Below, one piece after another: positions 1 through 18,000 of a stretch of 64,000 bases of DNA. The DNA lies in contig OZ024748.1 of the NCBI GenBank assembly GCA_964016885.1, forward strand, positions 43,648,001 through 43,712,000, written 5' to 3'. Position numbers and translations under genes: made by a program. Each line of letters begins with the position of its first letter. Within the stretch, counting starts at the first letter, position 1. Below the pieces are notes generated by a model, which made no database searches, was not told the DNA's origin, and saw only the letters and a list, made by a program, of their open reading frames with translations. The DNA is from Eledone cirrhosa (lineage: Eukaryota).

Positions 1-3000
1 TAGAATGTCTCTTGTACCTGACACACTGCTGTCACCTTGTACTGACACACCACAATAGAATGTCTCTTGTACCTGACACACTGCTGTCACCTTCTACTGA
101 CACACCACAATAGAATGTCTCTTGTACCTGACACACAGCTGTCACCTTCTACTGACACACCACAATAGAATGTCTCTTGTACCTGACACACTGCTGTCAC
201 CTTGTACTGACACACCACAATAGAATGTCTCTTGTACCTGACACACTGCTGTCACCTTCTACTGACACACCACAATAGAATATCTCTTGTACCTGACACA
301 CTGCTGTCACCTTCTACTGACACACTACAATAGAATGTCTCTTGTACCTGACACACAGCTGTCACCTTGTACTGACACACCACAATAGAATGTCTCTTGT
401 ACCTGACACACTGCTGTCACCTTCTACTGACACACCACAATAGAATGTCTCTTGTACCTGACACACTGCTGTCACCTTGTACTGACACACCACAATAGAA
501 TGTCTCTTGTACCTGACACACTGCTGTCACCTTGTACTGACACACCACAATAGAATGTCTTGTACCTGACACACTGCTATCACCTTCTACTGACACACCA
601 CAATAGAATGTCTCTTGTACCTGACACACTGCTATCACCTTCTACTGACACACCACAATAGAATGTCTCTTGTATCTGACACACTGCTGTCACTTTGTAC
701 TGACACACCACAATAGAATGTCTCTTGTACCTGACACACTGCTGTCACCTTCTACTGACACACCACAATAGAATGTCTCTTGTACCTGACACACTGTTGT
801 CACCTTGTACTGACACACCACAATAGAATGTCTCTTGTACCTGACACACTGCTGTCACCTTGTACTGACACACCACAATAGAATGTCTTGTACCTGACAC
901 ACTGCTATCACCTTCTACTGACACACCACAATAGAATGTCTCTTGTACCTGACACACTGCTATCACCTTCTACTGACACACCACAATAGAATGTCTCTTG
1001 TACCTGACACACAGCTGTCACCTTGTACTGACACACCACAATAGAATGTCTCTTGTACCTGACACACTGCTGTCACCTTCTACTGACACACCACAATAGA
1101 ATGTCTCTTGTACCTGACACACTGCTATCACCTTGTACTGACACACCACAATAGAATGTCTCTTGTACCTGACACAATGCTGTCACCTTGTACTGACACA
1201 CCACAATAGAATGTCTTGTACCTGACACACTGCTATCACCTTCTACTGACACACCACAATAGAATGTCTCTTGTACCTGACACACTGCTATCACCTTCTA
1301 CTGACACACCACAATAGAATGTCTCTTGTACCTGACACACTGCTGTCACCTTCTACTGACACACCACACTAGAATGTCTCTTGTATCTGACACACTGCTG
1401 TCACCCTGTACTGACACACCACAATAGAATGTCTCTTGTACCTGACACACTGCTGTCACCTTCTACTGACACACCACAATAGAATGTCTCTTGTACCTGA
1501 CACACTGCTGTCACCTTGTACTGACACACCACAATAGAATGTCTCTTGTACCTGACACACTGCTATCACCTTCTACTGACACACCACAATAGAATGTCTC
1601 TTGTACCTGACACACTGCTGTCACCTTCTACTGACACACCACAATAGAATGTCTCTTGTATCTGACACACTGCTGTCACCTTGTACTGACACACCACAAT
1701 AGAATGTCTCTTGTACCTGACACACTGCTGTCACCTTGTACTGACACACCACAATAGAATGTCTCTTGTACCTGACACACAGCTGTCACCTTGTACTGAC
1801 ACACCACAATAGAATGTCTCTTGTACCTGACACACTGCTATCACCTTCTACTGACACACCACAATAGAATGTCTCTTGTACCTGACACACGGCTATCACC
1901 TTGTACTGACACACCACAATAGAATGTCTCTTGTACCTGACACACTGCTGTCACCTTGTTCTGACACACCACAATAGAATGTCTCTTGTACCTGACACAC
2001 TGCTGTCACCTTGTGCTGACACACCACAATAGAATGTCTCTTGTACCTGACACAGTGCTGTCACCTTGTACTGACACACCACAATAGAATGTCTCTTGTA
2101 CCTGACACACTGCTGTCACCTTGTACTGACACACCACAATAGAATGTCTCTTGTACCTGACACACCACAATAGAATGTCTCTTGTACCTGACACACTGCT
2201 GTCACCTTCTACTGACACACCACAATAGAATGTCTCTTGTACCTGACACACAGCTGTCACATTGTGCTGACACACCACAATAGAATGTCTTGTACCTGAC
2301 ACACTGCTGTCACCTTGTACTGACACACCACAATAGAATGTCTCTTGTACCTGACACACAGCTGTCACCTTGTAATGACACACAACAATAGAATGGCTCT
2401 TGTACCTGACACACTGCTGTCACCTTGTACTGACACACCACAATAGAATGTCTCTTGTACCTGACACACAGCTGTCACCTTGTAATGACACACCACAATA
2501 GAATGTCTCTTGTACCTGACACACTGCTGTCACCTTCTACTGACACACCACAATAGAATGTCTCTTGTACCTGACACACTGCTGTCACCTTGTACTGACA
2601 CACCACAATAGAATGTCTCTTGTACCTGACACACTGCTGTCACCTTCTACTGACACACCACAATAGAATGTCTCTTGTACCTGACACACTGCTGTCACCT
2701 TCTACTGACACACCACAATAGAATGTCTCTTGTACCTGACACACTGCTATCACCTTCTACTGACACACCACAATAGAATGTCTTGTACCTGACAAACTGC
2801 TGTCACCTTGTACTGACACACCACAATAGAATGTCTCTTGTACCTGACACACTGCTGTCACCTTCTACTGACACACCACAATAGAATGTCTCTTGTACCT
2901 GACACACTGCTGTCACCTTGTACTGACACACCACAATAGAATGTCTCTTGTACCTGACACACTGCTGTCACCTTGTACTGACACACCACAATAGAATGTC

Positions 3001-6000
3001 TCTTGTATCTGACACACTGCTGTCACCTTGTACTGACACACCACAATAGAATGTCTCTTGTACCTGACACACTGCTGTTACCTTGTGCTGACACACCACA
3101 ATAGAATGTCTCTTGTACCTGACACACTGCTGTCACCTTGTACTGACACACCACAATAGAATGTCTCTTGTACTTGACACACTGCTGTCACCTTCTACTG
3201 ACACACCACAATAGAATGTCTCTTGTACCTGACACACTGCTGTCACCTTCTACTGACACACCACAATAGAATGTCTCTTGTACCTGACACACTGCTGTCA
3301 CCTTGTACTGACACACCACAATAGAATGTCTCTTGTACCTGACACACTGCTGTCACCTTCTACTGACACACCACAATAGAATGTCTCTTGTACCTGACAC
3401 ACAGCTGTCACCTTCTACTGACACACCACAATAGAATGTCTCTTGTACCTGACACACTGCTGTCACCTTGTACTGACACACCACAATAGAATGTCTCTTG
3501 TACCTGACACACTGCTGTCACCTTCTACTGACACACCACAATAGAATGTCTCTTGTACCTGACACACTGCTGTCACCTTCTACTGACACACTACAATAGA
3601 ATGTCTCTTGTACCTGACACACAGCTGTCACCTTGTACTGACACACCACAATAGAATGTCTCTTGTACCTGACACACTGCTGTCACCTTCTACTGACACA
3701 CCACAATAGAATGTCTCTTGTACCTGACACACTGCTGTCACCTTGTACTGACACACCACAATAGAATGTCTCTTGTACCTGACACACTGCTGTCACCTTG
3801 TACTGACACACCACAATAGAATGTCTTGTACCTGACACACTGCTATCACCTTCTACTGACACACCACAATAGAATGTCTCTTGTACCTGACACACTGCTA
3901 TCACCTTCTACTGACACACCACAATAGAATGTCTCTTGTATCTGACACACTGCTGTCACTTTGTACTGACACACCACAATAGAATGTCTCTTGTACCTGA
4001 CACACTGCTGTCACCTTCTACTGACACACCACAATAGAATGTCTCTTGTACCTGACACACTGCTGTCACCTTGTACTGACACACCACAATAGAATGTCTC
4101 TTGTACCTGACACACTGCTATCACCTTCTACTGACACACCACAATAGAATGTCTCTTGTACCTGACACACTGCTGTCACCTTCTACTGACACACCACAAT
4201 AGAATGTCTCTTGTATCTGACACACTGCTGTCACCTTGTACTGACACACCACAATAGAATGTCTCTTGTACCTGACACACTGCTGTCACCTTGTACTGAC
4301 ACACCACAATAGAATGTCTCTTGTACCTGACACACAGCTGTCACCTTGTTCTGACACACCACAATAGAATGTCTCTTGTACCTGACACACTGCTATCACC
4401 TTCTACTGACACACCACAATAGAATGTCTCTTGTACCTGACACACTGCTGTCACCTTGTACTGACACACCACAATAGAATGTCTCTTGTACCTGACACAC
4501 TGCTGTCACCTTCTACTGACACACCACAATAGAATGTCTCTTGTACCTGACACACTGCTGTCACCTTGTGCTGACACACCACAATAGAATGTCTCTTGTA
4601 CCTGACACACTGCTGTCACCTACTGACACACCACAATAGAATGTCTCTTGTACCTGACACACAGCTGTCACCTTGTACTGACACACCACAATAGAATGTC
4701 TCTTGTACCTGACACACTGCTATCACCTTCTACTGACACACCACAATAGAATGTCTCTTGTACCTGACACACTGCTGTCACCTTGTACTGACACACCACA
4801 ATAGAATGTCTCTTGTACCTGACACACTGCTGTCACCTTCTACTGACACACCACAATAGAATGTCTCTTGTACCTGACACACTGCTGTCACCTTGTGCTG
4901 ACACACCACAATAGAATGTCTCTTGTACCTGACACAGTGCTGTCACCTTGTACTGACACACCACAATAGAATGTCTCTTGTACCTGACACACTGCTGTCA
5001 CCTTGTATTGACACACCACAATAGAATGTCTCTTGTACCTGACACACTGCTGTCACCCTGTACTGACACACCACAATAGAATGTCTCTTGTACCTGACAC
5101 ACTGCTGTCACCTTCTACTGACACACCACAATAGAATGTCTCTTGTACCTGACACACTGCTATCACCTTCTACTGACACACCACAATAGAATGTCTCTTG
5201 TACCTGACACACGGCTATCACCTTGTACTGACACACCACAATAGAATGTCTCTTGTACCTGACACACTGCTGTCACCTTGTACTGACACACCACAATAGA
5301 ATGTCTCTTGTACCTGACACACTGCTGTCACCTTGTGCTGACACACCACAATAGAATGTCTCTTGTACCTGACACAGTGCTGTCACCTTGTACTGACACA
5401 CCACAATAGAATGTCTCTTGTACCTGACACACTGCTGTCACCTTGTACTGACACACCACAATAGAATGTCTCTTGTACCTGACACACCACAATAGAATGT
5501 CTCTTGTACCTGACACACTGCTGTCACCTTCTACTGACACACCACAATAGAATGTCTCTTGTACCTGACACACAGCTGTCACATTGTGCTGACACACCAC
5601 AATAGAATGTCTTGTACCTGACACACTGCTGTCACCTTGTACTGACACACCACAATAGAATGTCTCTTGTACCTGACACACAGCTGTCACCTTGTAATGA
5701 CACACAACAATAGAATGTCTCTTGTACCTGACACACTGCTGTCACCTTGTACTGACACACCACAATAGAATGTCTCTTGTACCTGACACACAGCTGTCAC
5801 CTTGTAATGACACACCACAATAGAATGTCTCTTGTACCTGACACACTGCTGTCACCTTCTACTGACACACCACAATAGAATGTCTCTTGTACCTGACACA
5901 CTGCTGTCACCTTGTACTGACACACCACAATAGAATGTCTCTTGTACCTGACACACTGCTATCACCTTCTACTGACACACCACAATAGAATGTCTCTTGT

Positions 6001-9000
6001 ACCTGACACACTGCTGTCACCTTCTACTGACACACCACAATAGAATGTCTCTTGTACCTGACACACTGCTATCACCTTCTACTGACACACCACAATAGAA
6101 TGTCTTGTACCTGACAAACTGCTGTCACCTTGTACTGACACACCACAATAGAATGTCTCTTGTACCTGACACACTGCTGTCACCTTCTACTGACACACCA
6201 CAATAGAATGTCTCTTGTACCTGACACACTGCTGTCACCTTGTACTGACACACCACAATAGAATGTCTCTTGTACCTGACACACTGCTGTCACCTTGTAC
6301 TGACACACCACAATAGAATGTCTCTTATATCTGACACACTGCTGTCACCTTGTACTGACACACCACAATAGAATGTCTCTTGTACCTGACACACTGCTGT
6401 TACCTTGTGCTGACACACCACAATAGAATGTCTCTTGTACCTGACACACTGCTGTCACCTTGTACTGACACACCACAATAGAATGTCTCTTGTACTTGAC
6501 ACACTGCTGTCACCTTCTACTGACACACCACAATAGAATGTCTCTTGTACCTGACACACTGCTGTCACCTTCTACTGACACACCACAATAGAATGTCTCT
6601 TGTACCTGACACACTGCTGTCACCTTGTACTGACACACCACAATAGAATGTCTCTTGTACCTGACACACTGCTGTCACCTTCTACTGACACACCACAATA
6701 GAATGTCTCTTGTACCTGACACACAGCTGTCACCTTCTACTGACACACCACAATAGAATGTCTCTTGTACCTGACACACTGCTGTCACCTTGTACTGACA
6801 CACCACAATAGAATGTCTCTTGTACCTGACACACTGCTGTCACCTTCTACTGACACACCACAATAGAATGTCTCTTGTACCTGACACACTGCTGTCACCT
6901 TCTACTGACACACTACAATAGAATGTCTCTTGTACCTGACACACAGCTGTCACCTTGTACTGACACACCACAATAGAATGTCTCTTGTACCTGACACACT
7001 GCTGTCACCTTCTACTGACACACCACAATAGAATGTCTCTTGTACCTGACACACTGCTGTCACCTTGTACTGACACACCACAATAGAATGTCTCTTGTAC
7101 CTGACACACTGCTGTCACCTTGTACTGACACACCACAATAGAATGTCTTGTACCTGACACACTGCTATCACCTTCTACTGACACACCACAATAGAATGTC
7201 TCTTGTACCTGACACACTGCTATCACCTTCTACTGACACACCACAATAGAATGTCTCTTGTATCTGACACACTGCTGTCACTTTGTACTGACACACCACA
7301 ATAGAATGTCTCTTGTACCTGACACACTGCTGTCACCTTCTACTGACACACCACAATAGAATGTCTCTTGTACCTGACACACTGCTGTCACCTTGTACTG
7401 ACACACCACAATAGAATGTCTCTTGTACCTGACACACTGCTATCACCTTCTACTGACACACCACAATAGAATGTCTCTTGTACCTGACACACTGCTGTCA
7501 CCTTCTACTGACACACCACAATAGAATGTCTCTTGTATCTGACACACTGCTGTCACCTTGTACTGACACACCACAATAGAATGTCTCTTGTACCTGACAC
7601 ACTGCTGTCACCTTGTACTGACACACCACAATAGAATGTCTCTTGTACCTGACACACAGCTGTCACCTTGTACTGACACACCACAATAGAATGTCTCTTG
7701 TACCTGACACACTGCTATCACCTTCTACTGACACACCACAATAGAATGTCTCTTGTACCTGACACACTGCTGTCACCTTGTACTGACACACCACAATAGA
7801 ATGTCTCTTGTACCTGACACACTGCTGTCACCTTCTACTGACACACCACCATAGAATGTCTCTTGTACCTGACACACTGCTGTCACCTTGTGCTGACACA
7901 CCACAATAGAATGTCTCTTGTACCTGACACACTGCTGTCACCTACTGACACACCACAATAGAATGTCTCTTGTACCTGACACACAGCTGTCACCTTGTAC
8001 TGACACACCACAATAGAATGTCTCTTGTACCTGACACACTGCTATCACCTTCTACTGACACACCACAATAGAATGTCTCTTGTACCTGACACACTGCTGT
8101 CACCTTGTACTGACACACCACAATAGAATGTCTCTTGTACCTGACACACTGCTGTCACCTTCTACTGACACACCACAATAGAATGTCTCTTGTACCTGAC
8201 ACACTGCTGTCACCTTGTGCTGACACACCACAATAGAATGTCTCTTGTACCTGACACAGTGCTGTCACCTTGTACTGACACACCACAATAGAATGTCTCT
8301 TGTACCTGACACACTGCTGTCACCTTGTATTGACACACCACAATAGAATGTCTCTTGTACCTGACACACTGCTGTCACCTACTGACACACCACAATAGAA
8401 TGTCTCTTGTACCTGACACACTGCTGTCACCTTGTGCTGACACACCACAATAGAATGTCTCTTGTACCTGACACAGTGCTGTCACCTTGTACTGACACAC
8501 CACAATAGAATGTCTCTTGTACCTGACACACTGCTGTCACCTTCTACTGACACACCACAATAGAATGTCGCTTGTACCTGACACACTGCTGTCACCTTGT
8601 ACTGACACACCACAATAGAATGTCTTTTGTACCTGACACACTGCTGTTACCTTGTAATGACACACCACAATAGAATGTCTCTTGTACCTGACACACTGCT
8701 GTCACCTTGTACTGACACACCACAATAGAATGTCTCTTGTACCTGACACACTGCTGTCACCTTGTACTGACACACCACATTAGAATGTCTCTTGTACCTG
8801 ACACACTGCTGTCACCTTCTACTGACACACCACAATAGAATGTCTTTTGTACCTGACACACTGCTGTTACCTTGTACTGACACACCACAATAGAATGTCT
8901 CTTGTACCTGACACACTGCTGTCACCTTCTACTGACACACCACAATAGAATGTCTTTTGTACCTGACACACTGCTGTTACCTTGTAATGACACACCACAA

Positions 9001-12000
9001 TAGAATGTCTCTTGTACCTGACACACTGCTGTCACCTTGTACTGACACACCACAATAGAATGTCTCTTGTACCTGACACACTGCTGTCACCTTGTACTGA
9101 CACACCACAATAGAATGTCTCTTGTACCTGACACACTGCTGTCACCTTGTACTGACACACCACAATAGAATGTCTCTTGTACCTGACACACTGCTGTCAC
9201 CTTCTACTGACACACCACAATAGAATGTCTCTTGTACCTGACACACTGCTGTCACCTTCTACTGACACACCACAATAGAATGTCTCTTGTACCTGACACA
9301 CTGCTGTCACCTTGTACTGACACACCACAATAGAATGTCTCTTGTACCTGACACACTGCTGTCACCTTCTACTGACACACCACAATAGAATGTCTCTTGT
9401 ACCTGACACACTGCTGTCACCTTGTACTGACACACCACAATAGAATGTCTCTTGTACCTGACACACTGCTGTCACCTTCTACTGACACACCACAATAGAA
9501 TGTCTCTTATACCTGACACACAGCTGTCACCTTCTACTGACACACCACAATAGAATGTCTCTTGTACCTGACACACTGCTGTCACCTTGTACTGACACAC
9601 CACAATAGAATGTCTCTTGTACCTGACACACAGCTGTCACCTTGTACTGACACACCACAATAGAATGTCTCTTGTACCTGACACACTGCTGTCACCTTCT
9701 ACTGACACACCACAATAGAATGTCTCTTGTATCTGACACACTGCTGTCAACCTGTACTGACACACCACAATAGAATGTCTCTTGTACCTGACACACTGCT
9801 GTCACCTTCTACTGACACACCACAATAGAATGTCTCTTGTACCTGACACACTGCTGTCACCTTGTACTGACACACCACAATAGAATGTCTCTTGTACCTG
9901 ACACACTGCTATCACCTTCTACTGACACACCACAATAGAATGTCTCTTGTACCTGACACACTGCTGTCACCTTCTACTGACACACCACAATAGAATGTCT
10001 CGTGTATCTGACACACTGCTGTCACCTTGTACTGACACACCACAATAGAATGTCTCTTGTACCTGACACACTGCTGTCACCTTGTACTGACACACCACAA
10101 TAGAATGTCTCTTGTACCTGACACACAGCTGTCACCTTGTACTGACACACCACAATAGAATGTCTCTTGTACCTGACACACTGCTATCACCTTCTACTGA
10201 CACACCACAATAGAATGTCTCTTGTACCTGACACACTGCTATCACCTTGTACTGACACACCACAATAGAATGTCTCTTGTACCTGACACACTGCTGTCAC
10301 CTTGTACTGACACACCACAATAGAATGTCTCTTGTACCTGACACACTGCTGTCACCTTGTGTTGACACACCACAATAGAATGTCTCTTGTACCTGACACA
10401 GTGATGTCACCTTGTACTGACACACCACAATAGAATGTCTCTTGTACCTGACACACTGCTGTCACCTTGTACTGACACACCACAATAGAATGTCTCTTGT
10501 ACCTGACACACCACAATAGAATGTCTCTTGTACCTGACACACTGCTGTCACCTTCTACTGACACACCACAATAGAATGTCTCTTGTACCTGACACACAGC
10601 TGTCACCTTGTAATGACACACAACAATAGAATGTCTCTTGTACCTGACACACTGCTGTCACCTTGTACTGACACACCACAATAGAATGTCTCTTGTACCT
10701 GACACACAGCTGTCACCTTGTAATGACACACCACAATAGAATGTCTCTTGTACCTGACACACTGCTGTCACCTTCTACTGACACACCACAATAGAATGTC
10801 TCTTGTACCTGACACACTGCTGTCACCTTGTACTGACACACCACAATAGAATGTCTCTTGTACCTGACACACTGCTGTCACCTTCTACTGACACACCACA
10901 ATAGAATGTCTCTTGTACCTGACACACTGCTGTCACCTTCTACTGACACACCACAATAGAATGTCTCTTGTACCTGACACACTGCTGTCACCTTCTACTG
11001 ACACACCACAATAGAATGTCTTGTACATGACAAACTGCTGTCACCTTGTACTGACACACCACAATAGAATGTCTCTTGTACCTGACACACTGCTGTCACC
11101 TTTTACTGACACACCACAATAGAATGTCTCTTGTACCTGACACACTGCTGTCACCTTGTACTGACACACCACAATAGAATGTCTCTTGTACCTGACACAC
11201 AGCTGTCACCTTGTAATGACACACAACAATAGAATGTCTCTTGTACCTGACACACTGCTGTCACCTTGTACTGACACACCACAATAGAATGTCTCTTGTA
11301 CCTGACACACAGCTGTCACCTTGTAATGACACACCACAATAGAATGTCTCTTGTACCTGACACACTGCTGTCACCTTCTACTGACACACCACAATAGAAT
11401 GTCTCTTGTACCTGACACACTGCTGTCACCTTGTACTGACACACCACAATAGAATGTCTCTTGTACCTGACACACTGCTGTCACCTTCTACTGACACACC
11501 ACAATAGAATGTCTCTTGTACCTGACACACTGCTGTCACCTTCTACTGACACACCACAATAGAATGTCTCTTGTACCTGACACACTGCTATCACCTTCTA
11601 CTGACACACCACAATAGAATGTCTTGTACCTGACAAACTGCTGTCACCTTGTACTGACACACCACAATAGAATGTCTCTTGTACCTGACACACTGCTGTC
11701 ACCTTCTACTGACACACCACAATAGAATGTCTCTTGTACCTGACACACTGCTGTCACCTTGTACTGACACACCACAATAGAATGTCTCTTGTACCTGACA
11801 CACTGCTGTCACCTTGTACTGACACACCACAATAGAATGTCTCTTGTATCTGACACACTGCTGTCACCTTGTACTGACACACCACAATAGAATGTCTCTT
11901 GTACCTGACACACTGCTGTCACCTTGTACTGACACACCACAATAGAATGTCTCCTGTACCTGACACACTGCTGTCACCTTCTACTGACACACCACAATAG

Positions 12001-15000
12001 AATGTCTCTGTACCTGACACACAGCTGTCACCTTCTACTGACACACCACAATAGAATGTCTCTTGTACCTGACACACTGCTGTCACCTTGTACTGACACA
12101 CCACAATAGAATGTCTCTTGTACCTGACACACTGCTGTCACCTTCTACTGACACACCACAATAGAATGTCTCTTGTACCTGACACACTGCTGTCACCTTC
12201 TACTGACACACCACAATAGAATGTCTCTTGTACCTGACACACAGCTGTCACCTTGTACTGACACACCACAATAGAATGTCTCTTGTACCTGACACACTGC
12301 TGTCACCTTCTACTGACACACCACAATAGAATGTCTCTTGTACCTGACACACTGCTGTCACCTTCTACTGACACACCACAATAGAATGTCTCTTGTACCT
12401 GACACACTGCTGTCACCTTGTACTGACACACCACAATAGAATGTCTTGTACCTGACACACTGCTGTCACCTTCTACTGACACACCACAATAGAATGTCTC
12501 TTGTACCTGACACACTGCTATCACCTTCTACTGACACACCACAATAGAATGTCTCTTGTACCTGACACACTGCTGTCACCTTGTACTGACACACCACAAT
12601 AGAATGTCTCTTGTACCTGACACACTGCTGTCACCTTCTACTGACACACCACAATAGAATGTCTCTTGTACCTGACACACTGCTATCACCTTCTACTGAC
12701 ACACCACAATAGAATGTCTCTTGTACCTGACACACTGCTGTCACCTTCTACTGACACACCACAATAGAATGTCTCTTGTATCTGACACACTGCTGTCACC
12801 TTGTACTGACACACCACAATAGAATGTCTCTTGTACCTGACACACTGCTGTCACCTTGTACTGACACACCACAATAGAATGTCTCTTGTACCTGAAACAC
12901 TGCTGTCACCTTGTACTGACACACCACAATAGAATGTCTCTTGTACCTGACACACTGCTATCACCTTCTACTGACACACCACAATAGAATGTCTCTTGTA
13001 CCTGACACACTGCTGTCACCTTGTACTGACACACCACAATAGAATGTCTCTTCTACCTGACACACTGCTGTTACCTTGTAATGACACACCACAATAGAAT
13101 GTCTCTTCTACCTGACACACTGCTGTCACCTTGTACTGACACACCACAATAGAATGTCTCTTGTACCTGACACACTGCTGTCACCTTGTACTGACACACC
13201 ACAATAGAATGTCTCTTGTACCTGACACACTGCTGTCACCTTGTACTGACACACCACAATAGAATGTGTTGTACCTGACACACTGCTGTCACCTTCTACT
13301 GACACACCACAATAGAATGTCTCTTGTACCTGACACACTGCTGTCACCTTGTACTGACACACCACAATAGAATGTCTCTTGTACCTGACACACTGCTGTC
13401 ACCTTGTACTGACACACCACAATAGAATGTCTCTTGTACCTGACACACTGCTGTCACCTTCTACTGACACACCACAATAGAATGTCTTTTGTACCTGACA
13501 CACTGCTGTTACCTTGTACTGGCACACCACAATAGAATGTCTCTTGTACCTGACACACTGCTGTCACCTTCTACTGACACACCACAATAGAATGTCTTTT
13601 GTACCTGACACACTGCTGTTACCTTGTAATGACACACCACAATAGAATGTCTCTTGTACCTGACACACTGCTGTCACCTACTGACACACCACAATAGAAT
13701 GTCTCTTGTACCTGACACACAGCTGTCACCTTGTACTGACACACCACAATAGAATGTCTCTTGTACCTGACACACTGCTATCACCTTCTACTGACACACC
13801 ACAATAGAATGTCTCTTGTACCTGACACACTGCTGTCACCTTGTACTGACATACCACAATAGAATGTCTCTTGTACCTGACACACTGCTGTCACCTTCTA
13901 CTGACACACCACAATAGAATGTCTCTTGTACCTGACACACTGCTGTCACCTTGTGCTGACACACCACAATAGAATGTCTCTTGTACCTGACACAGTGCTG
14001 TCACCTTGTACTGACACACCACAATAGAATGTCTCTTGTACCTGACACACTGCTGTCACCTTGTATTGACACACCACAATAGAATGTCTCTTGTACCTGA
14101 CACACTGCTGTCACCTACTGACACACCACAATAGAATGTCTCTTGTACCTGACACACTGCTGTCACCTTGTGCTGACACACCACAATAGAATGTCTCTTG
14201 TACCTGACACAGTGCTGTCACCTTGTACTGACACACCACAATAGAATGTCTCTTGTACCTGACACAGTGCTGTCACCTTGTAATGACACACCACAATAGA
14301 ATGTCTCTTCTACCTGACACACTGCTGTTACCTTGTAATGACACACCACAATAGAATGTCTCTTCTACCTGACACACTGCTGTCACCTTGTACTGACACA
14401 CCACAATAGAATGTCTCTTGTACCTGACACACTGCTGTCACCTTGTACTGACACACCACAATAGAATGTCTCTTGTACCTGACACACTGCTGTCACCTTG
14501 TACTGACACACCACAATAGAATGTGTTGTACCTGACACACTGCTGTCACCTTCTACTGACACACCACAATAGAATGTCTCTTGTACCTGACACACTGCTG
14601 TCACCTTGTACTGACACACCACAATAGAATGTCTCTTGTACCTGACACACTGCTGTCACCTTGTACTGACACACCACAATAGAATGTCTCTTGTACCTGA
14701 CACACTGCTGTCACCTTCTACTGACACACCACAATAGAATGTCTTTTGTACCTGACACACTGCTGTTACCTTGTACTGACACACCACAATAGAATGTCTC
14801 TTGTACCTGACACACTGCTGTCACCTTCTACTGACACACCACAATAGAATGTCTTTTGTACCTGACACACTGCTGTTACCTTGTAATGACACACCACAAT
14901 AGAATGTCTCTTGTACCTGACACACTGCTGTCACCCTGTACTGACACACCACAATAGAATGTCTCTTGTACCTGACACACTGCTGTCACCTTGTACTGAC

Positions 15001-18000
15001 ACACCACAATAGAATGTCTCTTGTACCTGACACACAGCTGTCACCTTGTACTGACACACCACAATAGAATGTCTCTTGTACCTGACACACTGCTATCACC
15101 TTCTACTGACACACCACAATAGAATGTCTCTTGTACCTGACACACTGCTGTCACCTTGTACTGACACACCACAATAGAATGTCTCTTGTACCTGACACAC
15201 TGCTGTCACCTTCTACTGACACACCACAATAGAATGTCTCTTGTACCTGACACACTGCTGTCACCTTGTGCTGACACACCACAATAGAATGTCTCTTGTA
15301 CCTGACACACTGCTGTCACCTACTGACACACCACAATAGAATGTCTCTTGTACCTGACACACAGCTGTCACCTTGTACTGACACACCACAATAGAATGTC
15401 TCTTGTACCTGACACACTGCTATCACCTTCTACTGACACACCACAATAGAATGTCTCTTGTACCTGACACACTGCTGTCACCTTGTACTGACACACCACA
15501 ATAGAATGTCTCTTGTACCTGACACACTGCTGTCACCTTCTACTGACACACCACAATAGAATGTCTCTTGTACCTGACACACTGCTGTCACCTTGTGCTG
15601 ACACACCACAATAGAATGTCTCTTGTACCTGACACAGTGCTGTCACCTTGTACTGACACACCACAATAGAATGTCTCTTGTACCTGACACACTGCTGTCA
15701 CCTTGTATTGACACACCACAATAGAATGTCTCTTGTACCTGACACACTGCTGTCACCCTGTACTGACACACCACAATAGAATGTCTCTTGTACCTGACAC
15801 ACTGCTGTCACCTTCTACTGACACACCACAATAGAATGTCTCTTGTACCTGACACACTGCTATCACCTTCTACTGACACACCACAATAGAATGTCTCTTG
15901 TACCTGACACACGGCTATCACCTTGTACTGACACACCACAATAGAATGTCTCTTGTACCTGACACACTGCTGTCACCTTGTACTGACACACCACAATAGA
16001 ATGTCTCTTGTACCTGACACACTGCTGTCACCTTGTGCTGACACACCACAATAGAATGTCTCTTGTACCTGACACAGTGCTGTCACCTTGTACTGACACA
16101 CCACAATAGAATGTCTCTTGTACCTGACACACTGCTGTCACCTTGTACTGACACACCACAATAGAATGTCTCTTGTACCTGACACACCACAATAGAATGT
16201 CTCTTGTACCTGACACACTGCTGTCACCTTCTACTGACACACCACAATAGAATGTCTCTTGTACCTGACACACAGCTGTCACATTGTGCTGACACACCAC
16301 AATAGAATGTCTTGTACCTGACACACTGCTGTCACCTTGTACTGACACACCACAATAGAATGTCTCTTGTACCTGACACACAGCTGTCACCTTGTAATGA
16401 CACACAACAATAGAATGTCTCTTGTACCTGACACACTGCTGTCACCTTGTACTGACACACCACAATAGAATGTCTCTTGTACCTGACACACAGCTGTCAC
16501 CTTGTAATGACACACCACAATAGAATGTCTCTTGTACCTGACACACTGCTGTCACCTTCTACTGACACACCACAATAGAATGTCTCTTGTACCTGACACA
16601 CTGCTGTCACCTTGTACTGACACACCACAATAGAATGTCTCTTGTACCTGACACACTGCTATCACCTTCTACTGACACACCACAATAGAATGTCTCTTGT
16701 ACCTGACACACTGCTGTCACCTTCTACTGACACACCACAATAGAATGTCTCTTGTACCTGACACACTGCTATCACCTTCTACTGACACACCACAATAGAA
16801 TGTCTTGTACCTGACAAACTGCTGTCACCTTGTACTGACACACCACAATAGAATGTCTCTTGTACCTGACACACTGCTGTCACCTTCTACTGACACACCA
16901 CAATAGAATGTCTCTTGTACCTGACACACTGCTGTCACCTTGTACTGACACACCACAATAGAATGTCTCTTGTACCTGACACACTGCTGTCACCTTGTAC
17001 TGACACACCACAATAGAATGTCTCTTATATCTGACACACTGCTGTCACCTTGTACTGACACACCACAATAGAATGTCTCTTGTACCTGACACACTGCTGT
17101 TACCTTGTGCTGACACACCACAATAGAATGTCTCTTGTACCTGACACACTGCTGTCACCTTGTACTGACACACCACAATAGAATGTCTCTTGTACTTGAC
17201 ACACTGCTGTCACCTTCTACTGACACACCACAATAGAATGTCTCTTGTACCTGACACACTGCTGTCACCTTCTACTGACACACCACAATAGAATGTCTCT
17301 TGTACCTGACACACTGCTGTCACCTTGTACTGACACACCACAATAGAATGTCTCTTGTACCTGACACACTGCTGTCACCTTCTACTGACACACCACAATA
17401 GAATGTCTCTTGTACCTGACACACAGCTGTCACCTTCTACTGACACACCACAATAGAATGTCTCTTGTACCTGACACACTGCTGTCACCTTGTACTGACA
17501 CACCACAATAGAATGTCTCTTGTACCTGACACACTGCTGTCACCTTCTACTGACACACCACAATAGAATGTCTCTTGTACCTGACACACTGCTGTCACCT
17601 TCTACTGACACACTACAATAGAATGTCTCTTGTACCTGACACACAGCTGTCACCTTGTACTGACACACCACAATAGAATGTCTCTTGTACCTGACACACT
17701 GCTGTCACCTTCTACTGACACACCACAATAGAATGTCTCTTGTACCTGACACACTGCTGTCACCTTGTACTGACACACCACAATAGAATGTCTCTTGTAC
17801 CTGACACACTGCTGTCACCTTGTACTGACACACCACAATAGAATGTCTTGTACCTGACACACTGCTATCACCTTCTACTGACACACCACAATAGAATGTC
17901 TCTTGTACCTGACACACTGCTATCACCTTCTACTGACACACCACAATAGAATGTCTCTTGTATCTGACACACTGCTGTCACTTTGTACTGACACACCACA